This document shows positions 13,199-26,918 of a stretch of DNA of 64,000 nt, piece after piece. The notes below the pieces were generated by a model. The model saw only the letters and a list, made by a program, of their open reading frames with translations. It was not told where the DNA came from and did not search any database. Every line of letters begins with the position of its first letter. Position 1 is the stretch's first letter. A program made the position numbers and the translations under genes. The stretch is from Eledone cirrhosa (taxonomy: Eukaryota). Location: the NCBI GenBank assembly GCA_964016885.1, contig OZ024740.1, positions 439,642,001 through 439,706,000 on the forward strand, written 5' to 3'.

Positions 13199-16100
13199 AG
13201 TTGCATTTATCTTGCTTTATGTTCATACGAGTTATCACCAAGTCACAACCAGTGAACTCAAGAGACAACAAGGTCCGCCATGTTCAAGAAAGAACATACA
13301 TATTTACACATGCATCTTTAGTGTTTAGACTTGTGATGTACTTATATTGACAGAATCTTCCTTAGTATATGGGCAGTTCCCATTAGTACTATCTTTTGTA
13401 TTTCTACTATACGCGGGTTTCCTGGGATTTGCGATATGTAATCATTAGACCCCTTAGGTATCATTCCCAGAGCGCCTACAACCACTGGTATTGTTTTAGT
13501 TCTCAATTTCCACATTTTTCCAATTTCTATCTCCAGGTCCTTATACTTGCTTAATTTTTCAAATGTTTTTATAGATACATTCTTGTCTATTGGAACAGAC
13601 ATATCAATTAGCAGGCATACCCTCTTTTGAAAGTCTTTCAATATTATATCAGGTCTGTTTGCATCTATTTTTCGGTCTGTTTGGATGCTAAAGTTCCACA
13701 AGATTGAGATGTGATCTTTTTCAAGTATGGGAGGTGGTTGATGCTCCCACCAATTCTTTTGATGGGGCAGGTCAAAATGCTTACACATTATCCAATGTAT
13801 GTATTGTGCAGCTCTGTCATGCCTGTTTAGGTATTCGGTTGGAGCTATAGGACTGCACATTGAAATTATATGGTCAATGGTCTCTGGTTGTTTTTTGCAT
13901 ACACGGCATAATGGGCTGCACCCATTTTTTATTATGTTGGCTTGGTAATTTTTTGTTGGCAGACACTGATCTTGTGCCGATATAATCAGTCCTTCAGTCT
14001 CCGATTTCAGTCCAGAGGATGCCAACCACTGATGGGTTAAAGTTTTGTCAACATCAGCATTGTTAGCTCGCTCTGGGTATTTTCCATACAGAGGCTTTTC
14101 TTGCCATTTCTTAGCCAGTTTCTGTAGCAGTTCTTTCTTTGCAGTTACTTTTACCTGCTTTGCTTTTTCTGTGTTTTCTATTTCAGCAGTAAATGGGACT
14201 TCTGAAATTTGTAGTCCATTACTGTATCTTTGTGCATCTTTTGTAATGGAATATGATCTTTTGATGCTTTCGTGTTTCAAAACGAGTTTGATCATCCAAT
14301 CATGTGATTCCCTTAGATATGTAGATAATCCAATTGTTGCAGTTTTCAACGCAATGTCTAACTGGATTAACCCACGTCCTCCTTCTTTCCTAGGGAGATA
14401 TATTCTATCTATATCTGCTTTAGGGTGATGCATTCTGTGCATGGTTAAGAATTTTCGAATTTTTGTATCGAGCCTACGGATCTCTGTGCTTGACCAGTTG
14501 ATGACATTGTAACTGTAGGTTACTACTGGTATGGCAAGCGTGTTTATGGCATCGATCCTATTCCTAGCATTCAATTCCGTTTTTAAGATTGCTCTCACTC
14601 TGCGGTAACATTCCTTCCTTATCCTTTCCCTCATTGTCGAGTGCTTGATTCCGTCTCCTTCACAAACACCTAGATATTTGTAAGTTTTTTCTTGATCAAG
14701 TTCTCTTATCACGTTCCCCCGATCAAGATTAATGTCTGAATTCCTCAGCAGCTTTCCTCTGGTGAACGTTGCTTTGGCGCATTTATCCAGTCCAAACTCC
14801 ATTTTAATGTCATCACTGAACTGCTTCACAGTGGATAATAGCCCTTGCAATTGTTCATCATTTTTTGCAAATAGTTTCAGGTCATCCATGTAGAACAGGT
14901 GATTAATGGTTTTGTCATAGACTTTATATCCATGTTTTGTTTCATTGAGCATTTTACTTAATGGTATAAGTGCGATGCAGAATAAAAGCGGTGATAAAGA
15001 GTCACCCTAAAAAATTCCACACTTAATATTAACTTCTCCAGCTTCCAGTGATTTTGTTTCACTATTCAAAAGGAGTGTCGTTTTCCATGTCTTCATACTG
15101 AATGACAAAACCCTCCTGACAACGCGGGATACTTTGAAAATCTCTAAATATTTTTCAATCCAACTGTGTGGCAAACTATCAAATGCTTTTTTATAATCTA
15201 TCCAAGCAATCCATAGATTTTTGTGTCTATTATGACAATCTTCCAGTATCATTTTGTTAACCAGAAGCTGATCCTTACAGCCATATGAGCCTCATTTACA
15301 CCCTTTCTGCTCAATAGGAAATAGGTCATTTGTTATCAGGTGGTCATATGTGTATTCATTTAGGACTGATGTTAAAATTTTATACATTGTGGTCAAGCAA
15401 GTTATCGGTCTGTAATTTTTGGGATTGTTTGTCTCATCATTCTTCGGAAGCAGGAATGTAATGCCGTTAACTAGCCATGAAGGTATCTTTTCTGGCTCCT
15501 TAACTATTTCATTGTAAAGTTGGGCTAACAGCTCATGAGACTCTGTGAAGGCATTTATCCAAAAGTTTTGTATTTTGTCTTTTCCTGGGGATTTCCATTT
15601 GCTGGTTTTTCTTAGAGCCAAGCGCAACTGTTCAACTGTTATATTTTCCCACGTTTGTTCCTCAAGGTGAGCTGTATCCTTCATTTGTCTGTCTATCCAT
15701 GGGGCATGTATGTTATGAACTTTTTCTTCGGCCCAGATCTTTTCCCAGAATTCTTGCACTTCCTCCTTGGGTGGTATTGATTTAGCAGTTATTGTTGACT
15801 TACCAATTTTTCTGTAGAAGTTTCTTTGGTTGTTTTTGAACATATTATTGTCCTTATAGAATCTAGATCGTTTTTCAAAGCGCCTTATACGAGCAGCTTT
15901 GGTCGACACTTTTTGCTTGATTATTTCTATCAGCATGTTTATGTCACATGTTGATTTTATACTGTACTTTCTTTTCAATTTTCTAAGTTTAGTTTGTTTA
16001 ACATGTTCACCTACTTTATAGTTTGTTAACATTTCTATGTCAGATCGGAGAAGGTTTATTTGGCGATTGATGCTCTCTTGCCAAGTAGATTTCTTGTGGG

Positions 16101-16711
16101 AATTCCTTTGTTTTTTCATCTTCACTCCACATAAGTGAGTGGTGACGTTAGCCGATGCATAATAGAGATGATTTAAATCAGTAATGTTTAGTTTGTTTGT
16201 GATGATAATATTTTTGAGAATTATGTTAGTCTTGTGTATTATCTTTTGGTTCTGTTTGGAGTTCTGGATCTTAGGGAGGGTGTCTCGTTTCCCCATGTCA
16301 GATTCTTTCATTTTCATCCATTCGATCATAATTTCATCCTTCAAGTTGGCAAGTTCATTCTCATTCATTTCTTTATCATTTACGATCTCATTATTTTCAT
16401 TTGGAGTTTCATCCTGAGCATGCACTCCCTCCACTTTTTCGATCCTTTCTTTAATTTTTTCTGTTGCCAGTGATTCCGCCACAACCCTGGGATTCGAAGT
16501 GTTACAGTTTACCTCGTTTTCACTGACACATGTTTCATTTTCCCCTCGCTGACTTTGTGCTAATAGCTTGATCTGATCAATTTCTATATCAGTTAGTAAC
16601 TTTTTTCTTACAATATTTCTTCGTATATTGGCTAGTTTGTTGCTGTCAATATAGCCTCTTTTTTCGGGATGTTTCTTTTTCCAGTTGATATATGTCTGTT
16701 CTGTATTCGAT

Positions 16712-16715
<4 letters not shown>
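13198..16715 (-). mobile_element. R4/Dong family A copy 4, 5'-truncated; one reading frame with two premature stops
   Basis: ORFs 13342-14952, 15007-15252 and 15292-~16715 share one frame; RT YMDD, CCHC and RLE motifs; highly similar to copy 1. Confidence 0.92.
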
Positions 16716-16763
<48 letters not shown>

Positions 16764-16764
<1 letters not shown>

Positions 16765-16810
16765 TGTATTGTCCCCTACATGTCGGCCCTTGTGGCTAAT
16801 AAATGAAATC
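16764..16810 (+). mobile_element. 47-bp 3' end of a Tx1-related element
   Basis: TGTATTGTCC...CCCTTGTGGCTAATAAATGAAATC matches the 3' terminus of the element ending at 10737; embedded in (ATT)n. Confidence 0.7.
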
Positions 16811-17348
16811 ATTATTATTATTATGTTTATAGTGAAAGTTGGAATTTAATTGGCTTCGGCTCTCTGCTGAAATGTACTAATTAGGAACTGGGAAGAGAGT
16901 GAAAAATAGCTGTAAAAGAAGCAGACGAGGCAATATAGAAGCAAACACCGGACAGGGGAAAAGTGGAGTAAGAGATAGGAGACACTTCGTGATCCGAGGT
17001 TCGGAAATTATAATCAGCCTGTCAGCAATATTTGATTTTCATAGAAACCGAAAAAGCCGATGCTATTAGTGTAATGTTAGTTCTCGGACATATCAAAACC
17101 TAAATCGGTCTATGTATCAAGTTGATGTTCTAACTAACGAGGACTCAGCTGTAACTAACATGTTTGGGAAAGTATTGCTAACAATACTTCTAAACAGCAT
17201 ACATTTATTTATGTGAGTAACTTAGAGAAAGTATTTCTCTTTAACTATCTATAAAAGTTAACTACACATATAGACACAGTCAAATATACATAGGCAAATA
17301 TATGTTTGATTGTGCACTTTTGAGAAGTTGAATAAACTGTATAATTGG

Positions 17349-17432
<84 letters not shown>

Positions 17433-17471
17433 GATATTAATAAATGGAAACTATATTTATAAAACCATATT

Positions 17472-17536
17472 TATTTCATTATACATATTTCAGGGATACC
17501 AAATTAAATTATGGTATGCCTTCATCAGACAAAATA
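17472..17536 (-). ncRNA. Minimal type I hammerhead ribozyme (PLE-A pLTR)
   Basis: Reverse complement of the motif at 20958-21022. Confidence 0.75.
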
Positions 17537-18929
17537 CAATATATAACAGTTTTACAAATAAGCTTTGACGTACCCTATTAAAATGCAACCATTACTTTTG
17601 GAAGCCATCCGGATAGTGAATTGTTTATATTATTTTAATAAGTCATAGTGATAAGGACAATTAGAAAAAGACGGAGAGAAAGAAAAAGACGGAGAGAGAG
17701 AAAGAAAAAACGTGGAGAAGTATCGGAGAGAGAGATGCATGGAGAAAAAAGAAAGAGATAAATAAAGACAGGAGGAAAGAAAGAAAAAAGGAAGAAATAA
17801 GAAATAAGAAAAACAGAGGAAAGCAACAGAGAGATATTAAGTCATCAGACAGATAGAAAAACTCAAGAGAGAGAAATATTATATAGAGAGAGGGGGAGAA
17901 AATGAAAACTTTACGTCATGTCATATTAAGTTGAGTTAACAATTCATATGAAATGAATAATAAAAATATAAATATTAATATTCATGAATGGGACATAAAT
18001 ATATAATATGAGAAATTAAACATTGTTCTATAATGACTACATGTTTAGTTTAAAACTTGAGAACAATATGCCAAAATTTGGGTTTAATCAACCAAAATGC
18101 TAGAGAAATCAGTATCTTAGGCAAAGACACACAAATATATATATATATATATATACGCACGTCCTGAAAATATATTTACTCAAGTCAACAATATAGACAT
18201 ACAAAACGCAGACGATTTCTCTTAATCACTGCTATACATTCCTTGTGTTATAAAAAAGTTCACAGTATATATACGTAAATATATACGATTAACATTCATG
18301 TCTTCATATATACGATTACCATTCATGCATTTAACATTCTGTTAAAATTATGCATATCTGCAATCAAAACTGCGTGGTTAGGCAACATATCTCCTACCCA
18401 CACACATAGATATACATATATATATATACACACATATATGTATAAATAAATATTTGCGTGCGTCTTTCCGCATCGCTCATGTATACATATAGACATATAT
18501 ACAATCATAAAAAACCTATAACACTTTTATATGCATGTTAATACACACATACACATTTGTATAGAGATAATCAAATATCAATATATTACTAAGGATTATA
18601 CTTTGGAAATATAATTATAACAATATAAATTTAAAATACCAAAGGATTATATTTTGGAAATACAATTATATCAGTATAGTCAAAAGGACAAACGAATTCT
18701 AGAAATATCAAAGCATTAAATATATTTAAAACACTATAGAGTATCTTAAGTTAAAATAATATGTTTCATATATTTAGTATAGAAATTTATCCTACGTATA
18801 TTTCAATCAAGATATTGAAAGGGTAGACTTATTAAAATTATGAGAAGCTATCAGAATCAAAACAAAACTAATAAAAATAAATAAAAATAAAAATAAAAAT
18901 AAAAGTTAAATAAATATTATATCAATATA

Positions 18930-19030
18930 ATTTAAAAATTTAAAAATTTAAAAATTTAAAAATTTAAAAATTTAAAAATTTAAAAAATTTAAAATAGTTT
19001 AAAAAATTTAAAAATTTAAAAATTTAAATG
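18930..19030. repeat. (AAAAATTTA)n 9-bp tandem repeat in the PLE-A tail
   Basis: Directly visible. Confidence 0.85.
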
Positions 19031-19248
19031 ATTTAAAAAACCCAAGGATTCTACAGATATCCTTATATTTAGTATAGAAATTTATCTTACGTATATTTTA
19101 TTTAAGACATTGGAAGTATAGACATTTTAGAGTAGTTTATTATATCTATGTTTATATTTAGGAAGGAAGTTTAAAAAGAAAAAGGTGAAGGAATCTAATG
19201 ATTTATCGACAGGTTTCATATATTAACTAAATTACTTAATTAATTATA

Positions 19249-20850
19249 CTACATTTTAAATTTATATTTATATTTAAACGTTGAGTTCAATCTATGTCTG
19301 CAGCAACTGAATAAATTGTTCCTTAAAATAAGGGAATTTTTGGACTTTAATATAAAGAATATTTCTTCAATACAAAGATCAGAATTTTCTGAAGAGGAAT
19401 TAAAAGGAGTAGCTTTGGAAATAATATTCCAAGTCATCGAATATTTAACATTATCTCGTTTTAGGTCCCATAGTAGGCTAGATAGCGAAGTTGAAGATTT
19501 TTTGTTTGGATCTGTGAAAGAACTTTTATGATTATTGAAGCGAAATTTAAATTCTGTAGAGGTGGAACCAACATAGTTAAATGAATTTAAATTAGTTTTA
19601 ACATTACAATTGTACACTACATTTTTGGCTAAGCAGTTGTTATTTAACGGACAGTTAGATTTATTTCTACAGTTACAGTTATTCAATTGAATATTGCTTG
19701 GGTTATTATTGGTATTTTGGTTAGGTTTTAAATTTCTATTATTAATTCTATTAATATTTTGTGTTAAATATTTGGTGGACGAGTAAGTTAATTTTATAGT
19801 GTGTCTATTAAACATTGAGTAATATTTATGTGTTCTAGGGAAGCGTTTGTCAAGAGCTTTAAAGAATAGTTTAGCAATAGGGGTTTTAATATTTAGTGAG
19901 AAAGGGGGAGCAAACCATAATATATTTCTAGTTCTATTTCTTTTTCGGCTTTTGAAATTATTGTAATGTTTTCTATTATAGTTGTTAAAGTTGTTACCAT
20001 AATTAAAATTGTTATTATTTTGGTTAGTTTGCTTATTATTATTATTATCAATGTATTTAATTTTATTTCTATATCCAGCTCTACCTAACGCTTCGTTGTA
20101 GTACTGCGCTTTTTCATCAAATATAATTTTATTAGATGAAATTCTTGAAATTCTTTCTTGAACAGAGTTCACTATAGTATTTTTAACAGATCTGGGGTGA
20201 TTATAGTTAAAATTAACATAATTCAAGTTCTCATTTAGCTTGTGAAATGAATAATGAAGACATGTGTTGAGATTTAGTGTTACGTCAAGAAAATTGACTA
20301 TTTTATGGTTATTCTCTATTGCTACTTTTAGATTAAGGTAATTAAAAAATTGTATAATTTGTTTTCTTTTTCTATTTAATTCACAGCTATTATTTTGTAT
20401 AAGTAAAAGCGTGTTATCACGATATAAGCCTCCGGTTACACCTGGTATTTTTCTATGTAGCGAATTAATTATAAATAGGCCTACAAGGTCCGTTACCTGA
20501 GCTGAGTCTGATGATCCCATAGTTATGTCGAAATTATTATTTCTATCTGCCCTAGTCCAGAGTTGCTTATTAAATTGTATCAATGTTTTCCTTGCCGATA
20601 ATATAATGTGCATTTCATTGCTAGTTAGGTCAGTATGTTTAAATGCGTAATTTAGTGCCTTATTCAGTAGATTAGGAGTGATAGATGAATAGTAGTTAGC
20701 AATATCCAGCTGAATAAACTTATTATCATAGTTATATTTAATTTCTTTAAACCAATCGATAACCTCACTAGTCCCTTTCCATAATTTTAAGTAAGATAAA
20801 TTAGGTAAGTTTTTAATTTGTTGTATTACCCTGTCTAGAATATTTTTATG
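19249..20850 (-). pseudogene. PLE RT + GIY-YIG endonuclease, truncated; RT catalytic motif reads YRDN
   Basis: FDITMGSSDSAQVTDLVGL, GLYRDN, VNFLDVTLNL, CNCRNKSNCPLNNNC, VVYNC..YVGST..FKFRFNNH; frame continues upstream of the Met (FIQLDIANYYSSI). Confidence 0.85.
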
Positions 20851-20957
20851 ACTTATTAAAATAATATAAACAACTCACTATCCGGATGGCTTCCAAAAAT
20901 AATGGTTGCATTTTAATAGGGTACGTCAAAGCTTATTTGTAAAACTGTTATATATTG

Positions 20958-21022
20958 TATTTTGTCTGATGAAGGCATACCATAATTTAATTTGGTATCC
21001 CTGAAATATGTATAATGAAATA
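20958..21022 (+). ncRNA. Minimal type I hammerhead ribozyme (inverted PLE-A pLTR)
   Basis: TATTTTGT-CTGATGA-AGGCATACCA..TGGTATCCCT-GAAA-TATGTAT-A-ATGAAATA. Confidence 0.75.
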
Positions 21023-21767
21023 AATATGGTTTTATAAATATAGTTTCCATTTATTAATATCGTATATCTACTCCAAATACTTGTCGAGTGCTTTATATCA
21101 GTTATAAAAATATTTGCTTGTTGTATCCCAACAATTTTAAATAGAACTTTTGCATATATATATATATTTAAGAGTTAAACAAGATTCAATGAATACATCA
21201 AAGAATGAGTTTTACAATAGATTGGAAGCACTCTATAGTAAAAGATTTTTTTCCAGAGTTATTAATATTAATTCAAAATATTAACAAAATAGATATTCTT
21301 GTGATCAATTATATTTTAATAATTAATAATTTAATAATCAATAATTTAATAATTAATAATATATTAATAATTAATAATTATGAAAACTTAATTAACAAAA
21401 AAGTGAATTATTCTCAAACTGCCTTCATAAAGCTTTGTCTGCAATCCAAGCCTCGCAAAAAGTCAGGGTAAAACAGTAAGCAATCAAGCCTGATTTTCGA
21501 CGTCTGAACATATAAGTCATAACGGTTTATAAAAGTTTAATAATGCTTTATCTTCTAATCATTTTTAATGAAATTAATTTTTGAATGAATGACACTTGTT
21601 TGATAACTTGTTTACTTGATGGATATGCATACCCTATGATTTTTGGGGTATTTTTAACTTTGATTCAGATCTTTATTTTTCTGTCTCTGTTTTAAATATA
21701 TAGTTTAGATATCTAACTTGTAAATTTACTGATTATAATTTGAACTGTGGTTCATTCATGCGTTTGC

Positions 21768-21823
<56 letters not shown>

Positions 21824-22935
21824 ACTCATTTTGAGATGGTTTGGGGGGACTCAGAAGGTTGGATTTGCACTTTGTTTTTTTATGTATACTTACCAAACAA
21901 TAATAGCTGACTATTTCTCCACTGAACTGGAGGTAAAATTACTAACAATGATTATAATTATTATTCTTTATTAAATGTATACCGTTTCATTAATACCTAT
22001 TATATCTATATATAGTTTGTACAAATATCTTTATCTAGTGTAATAATCGTAGTTACATTTATAAATAATTTAAATGACATTATTATAAGTGTTTCGTTTT
22101 CCCTGGAAGGTCGAACTTATATAATAATTTACTTAATACAATATATGAACAAATAATATACTATAGTCTTGGTATGTTATGATCAATACATATATATATC
22201 TGAAAATTCTGACTTCTTTAAGTTTAATTATAAGACCTGTTGATACTTTAGGCACTCAAACTATTTAACAATAAATTATTTAATAGTTATAACTATAAAT
22301 ATCTTATAAATTATATTATAGAAACTGTTGTCAATATTATAAGTAATTTTGGTAAAGTTTACCTTCGTGGTGATATCGAACATTATATGTATATTTTCTT
22401 TCTTTCGCGGGTTTCGTAAATCCTTTAAATTTGTCTTCATAAAATTTGAATTTTAGAAATTTAACATAATTATATTATAATATTAATACAAAAACCTAAA
22501 ATTTGATTCTTTACCCTGAAATAACATAAATTAAATGCTTTGTAAATTAACCGCCAACTATACTATATATGAATCTCTGTGTGTGTAGAAACTTGAGCAT
22601 AAATTACTCCCCTTTGTCTCTCTCTCTCTTTAATCATATTTCATCTGTCTTCTCAAGCTAAATACTAAATAAGTTATAACATTAGCTACTTCTTCCTCTA
22701 TGCTTTCCTCTCCCTACTATTTCTCTAGAGGTTTTTAAATATTAAAAATCATATAACTGTTATATTGATGCCATGTATTTCTTAAAATATATTACTCACA
22801 CTCTCTCTATTGATTGTATTACGTTTTCTCATGTTCTCAATAGTAGGGTATACATATTGACTTTTGTCATAAGTTAATCACTACCTTGATTAAATCTTAA
22901 CCATCTACCATGTCAGGGTATGTCATGTATCGTTT

Positions 22936-23002
22936 TATTTTATCTGATGAGGACGTACTGTTGAACTTAATTCAGTACCTCTGAAATATGTATAATAAGG
23001 TA
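22936..23002 (+). ncRNA. Minimal hammerhead ribozyme, diverged relative of the PLE-A motif
   Basis: TATTTTAT-CTGATGA-GGACGTACTG..CAGTACCTCT-GAAA-TATGTAT-A-ATAAGGTA. Confidence 0.7.
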
Positions 23003-23086
23003 TAATTTATCACAAGAATATCTATTTTGTTAATATTTGGAATTAATATATATATATAATATTTGGAATTAATATATATATATAAT

Positions 23087-25020
23087 CATCAAATTTCTCA
23101 TTGGTATTGCTAAGCTATAGACAAGTTTAATAGGTGGAGAATGGGAAAAATACTAAATACGCGATCGTAGTGAAAGAATTTTATAAAGCCGGCTTTACAT
23201 GGGGTCTAACACCACTGCTATAGATAGTTAGTATTCAGCCAATGTTATCTTACAATGACAGGTTAATAAGTTGAGAACAAAAATACTAAAATACTACTAC
23301 AACAATACTAATACAAAATATTAATACAAAGATACTAATACAAAAATACTAATACAAAAATACTAATACAAAAATACCACTAAGAAATTTAGAAACCACA
23401 GAAATGGAGCAGCAACCAGAAAGAAAAACATTTAATGGGGTCTAACATATCTGCTATAAAAAGCGTAATCGGCCAATTCTATCTTAAAATTAGGGGGCAA
23501 GGGGTACTGAGGGTACAGAGGACCGAAAGGCTGCATCGGGGTAGGCGAAAGGTGAAAAAAAGACGAGGAAGGAGATCTGGGGTGGAAGGACTAGGAAGAG
23601 ATGGGGGAAGAAGGAAACATAGAGGAAAAGATAAAAAAAGTTACGTCTACCTTTGTAAGCAGGGGTTACCCCTTACAAAATCAGCAAGTGGGAGTATCAG
23701 CCCTTGTCTACCCCCCCCCCCCCAGTCCCAGGTCATTATGGGGTTTGAGGGCGAGGTAAGTCCTACGCAATCTGTGTTTGCATGCGGTTACCAGTTCGTC
23801 TTTCTTGTTTAGGAGTTGGTCCTTCAAAAACAGCATTTGTAATGTTTCCTCCGAGCATAAGTTACACGGAAGGCGTCCTCCCGTGTAAGAGTTAGCTCTG
23901 GACAGTAAGCTCCAAGTGAGATTGTAGGTTATATTATTATCTTTGAGGTCCCAGATGTGGCCCGAATGTGTAATGGCGTGTCGCCGGGCCGTGTTTCGGA
24001 AAGTATGTCGGTGTTGGTAGAGCCGCGTCTTGAAGTCACAAGTGGTTAATCCTATATAAGCTTTGTTGGAGGTGTCCGTCCTTACGTTGCACTGGTAGAT
24101 CACATTACGATCTCGGCATCTGTTGTTGAGGGGGCACATGGATCTATCAGGACAGTTACACCTCCTGGTCGGCTCTCCACTGGTGTCTAGGTTATTTCTT
24201 CCATAGGGGTTGAGTTTTCTGTTGTTAGAGGAGACGATGTTTTGTGCGAAGTTAGGTGTGGTGCTGTAGGAGAGTTTGATGGTGTTTTTTTATTATTATT
24301 TTGTGGTAGCGGTGTTGTAGTAGGAAGATTTTTCGAGGAGCCTAAAGAAGATTTTCCCGATAGGTGATGTCACGTCGGCATTGTGGGGAGGATTGAACCA
24401 CGTTTCGTTGCGTAAGCGGCGGTGTCGCCTGCTGGTTCCGCTAATGGAAGCTGGATAATAGGATATTTCCTGCCGGAAGCCACTCCGTTAGAGGGCCTGG
24501 TTGTAATAAGGCGCATGTTCGTCGAATAACTGCTAATTGGTGGACAAACTGACCGAAATGTTTCGTGCATTCGGCGGTGGATTGTACCGCGGTGATGGGC
24601 TCCACACCCTCAAAGAGTACAACCCCAGTAATACAGACAGGGTCCGTAGACAATTAATCAGCTTCTTCCGGGACTGGGGATTTAAAATAACCCTACAAAC
24701 GTCCATAACCCGAGTAAACTTCCTGGACGTTACCCTTAACCTCGATAATGATCTGTACTACCCATACCAGGAACCTGCATTACATCCACCGCCGCTCGAA
24801 CCAACCTAGAAACATCACCAATGACCTGGTTAAAAACATCTCCCTCCGCATATGTCGTTGTTGGCTGATTACTAACTATCTATAGCAGTGGTGTTAGACC
24901 CCCTGTAAAGCCGGCTTTATAAAATTCTTTCACTACAATCGCGTATTTAGTATTTTTCCCATTCTCTACCTATTAAACTTGTCTATAGCTTAGCAATACC
25001 AATAAGAAATTTGGTGATTG
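23087..25020 (-). mobile_element. Penelope-like remnant with 5' inversion and inverted terminal segments
   Basis: GIY-YIG on minus (23708-24139: VIYQC..AYIGLT..FKTRLYQH); RT piece on plus (24537-24860: GLYRGDG, VNFLDVTLNL); 23087-23255 inverted at ~24860-25020. Confidence 0.8.
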
Positions 25021-25358
25021 TGGAAATGGAGTAGTAACCAGAAATTGTTTTTTATATATTTATATCCTTATTTTTATAATGGTTTTTTTTACTCCCTTTC
25101 GGTTTACCTATTCTTTCACCCCCCCCCCCCCCTCCTCTTCTCCAGTACACTTTTTCGAACTTTTATACACTATCCTTAGAATCTGCTGTATAGATTTCAC
25201 TTTCAACGCTTGACTGCGTTTCCACCACCCCCTATTTGTTCTACCGGCAAGTTCAGCCACCCCTACCTCCCACCAAATGCCATGATAGATTCATCTGTCT
25301 TTACAACAAATTTTTTACCAATCCTTTTGACAATTACTATCTTCCCATATAAGGAAAT

Positions 25359-25454
25359 ACCCCCTGAGAAGTTCGGCTATTTATTTACCAGGCTAACAAT
25401 TCTTATTTAGTCCAGAAATAGCCATCGAAACGGCTTGAGCTCTGCCGTCGGGGT
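25359..25454 (+). ncRNA. Degenerate hammerhead motif (core reads CUGAGAA)
   Basis: ACCCC-CTGAGAA-G..GGCTATTT..AAATAGCC..C-GAAA-CGGC..GCCG-TC-GGGGT. Confidence 0.55.
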
Positions 25455-25464
25455 CATACCTGTT

Positions 25465-25500
<36 letters not shown>

Positions 25501-25680
25501 TTTTACCCTGGCGTCCCCTTTGTTTACGTGTCCCAACGACTTTTTTAGCCGTTGTTCGCACCAACCTGAGGCATATGGCCCTTAAAGCGATGAAATGCCT
25601 GGGACGGTTGGAGGGTCACTGATGAAGGACTTACTTTTTCCTATGCCCCACCATTTGCAACGTGCAGCCATCATTATTAT

Positions 25681-25777
<97 letters not shown>

Positions 25778-25871
25778 GAAGTAATTCCGTCGGAAAAGTC
25801 CAGGAAAAAAAGAGTGCTCTATGTAGGTAACAGAGCTTAATAGTTATGTAATAAACAACATAAGGCAATTG

Positions 25872-25931
25872 TTCCATTTACCAGTGGTTTCTTAAAAGCA
25901 AAAAATGTTGCTTTCAATCATCAGAATGAAA
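25872..25931 (-). ncRNA. Hammerhead ribozyme (family C)
   Basis: Reverse complement of the motif at 38227-38287. Confidence 0.75.
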
Positions 25932-26735
25932 AAATCCTGGTGTATTTATTGATATTGGATTCTAAAAACAAAAAAGCAATCTATATGAAAGTGAGGCTAG
26001 AGAAGGAAGAAGGAAAGGAAAAATAAAATAAAAACACACATGCAAACGCACACACAGACACACACAATTATATACATACACACACACACATATATATATA
26101 TATACATACACTCATACATACACACACACATATACACATATATATGTGTATATATATATACATACACATACATATACACATACATACATACACACATAAA
26201 TATCAACATATCCATACATACACATACATATATACAACCACACACACATATATACACATATATATATAGAAATAGAAATATATATATATATATGCATACA
26301 CATACACATACATAGCCATACACACATACATATACATACATACATACATACATACAATCATACATATATACACACGTACATACATACACATACATAAATG
26401 CATACATATGCATGCACAAAATTAGAAAAATATACACACACCTCTACATATTCACACACGCAAATAAATATAAGAAAAAATATATATAAAATAATGAAAG
26501 AAAATAAAGACTATTATAAAGTTGACAGCGATACATGCAACAAATAAATGAACAAACACACGTGGTAAGCAATACACACAAATGCACGTACACATACATA
26601 CGTAAAAATAAATACATACACACACTGTCACACATAAATATACATATACAAATACATAAATACATACATACGCATACACAAATACATACACCCACACACA
26701 CACACATATATACATATATACACACACATATACAT

Positions 26736-26819
<84 letters not shown>

Positions 26820-26863
26820 AAGTTAAATAAAAGTCAAATGATTAAAATCTAGCTTCGTTTATT

Positions 26864-26918
26864 ACTGCTATATATATTTCAGTGACAGCCATCTTTGGCT
26901 GTCACCTCTTCAGGCAGT
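26864..26918 (-). ncRNA. Minimal hammerhead ribozyme (family B)
   Basis: Reverse complement of 27826-27880. Confidence 0.85.

Larger units (their letters stand above)
17430..21155 (-). mobile_element. Penelope-like element family A copy 1: 5'-truncated RT + GIY-YIG, long 3' tail, inverted pLTR segment at ~20853-21155
   Basis: ORF 19249-20613; 17430-17640 is the reverse complement of ~20855-21065; (TA)n at both ends. Confidence 0.88.

Noticed and set aside
16715-16812. Poly-Asn N-terminus of ORF 15292-16812
   Set aside because: Chance read-through from the antisense Tx1 fragment and (AAT)n into the truncated Dong ORF
25595-26852. Many ORFs rich in YI/CV/HT dipeptides (also 36.6-45 kb, 50 kb, 55.5-56 kb)
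   Set aside because: Translations of (TA)n, (CA)n and (TAC)n microsatellites
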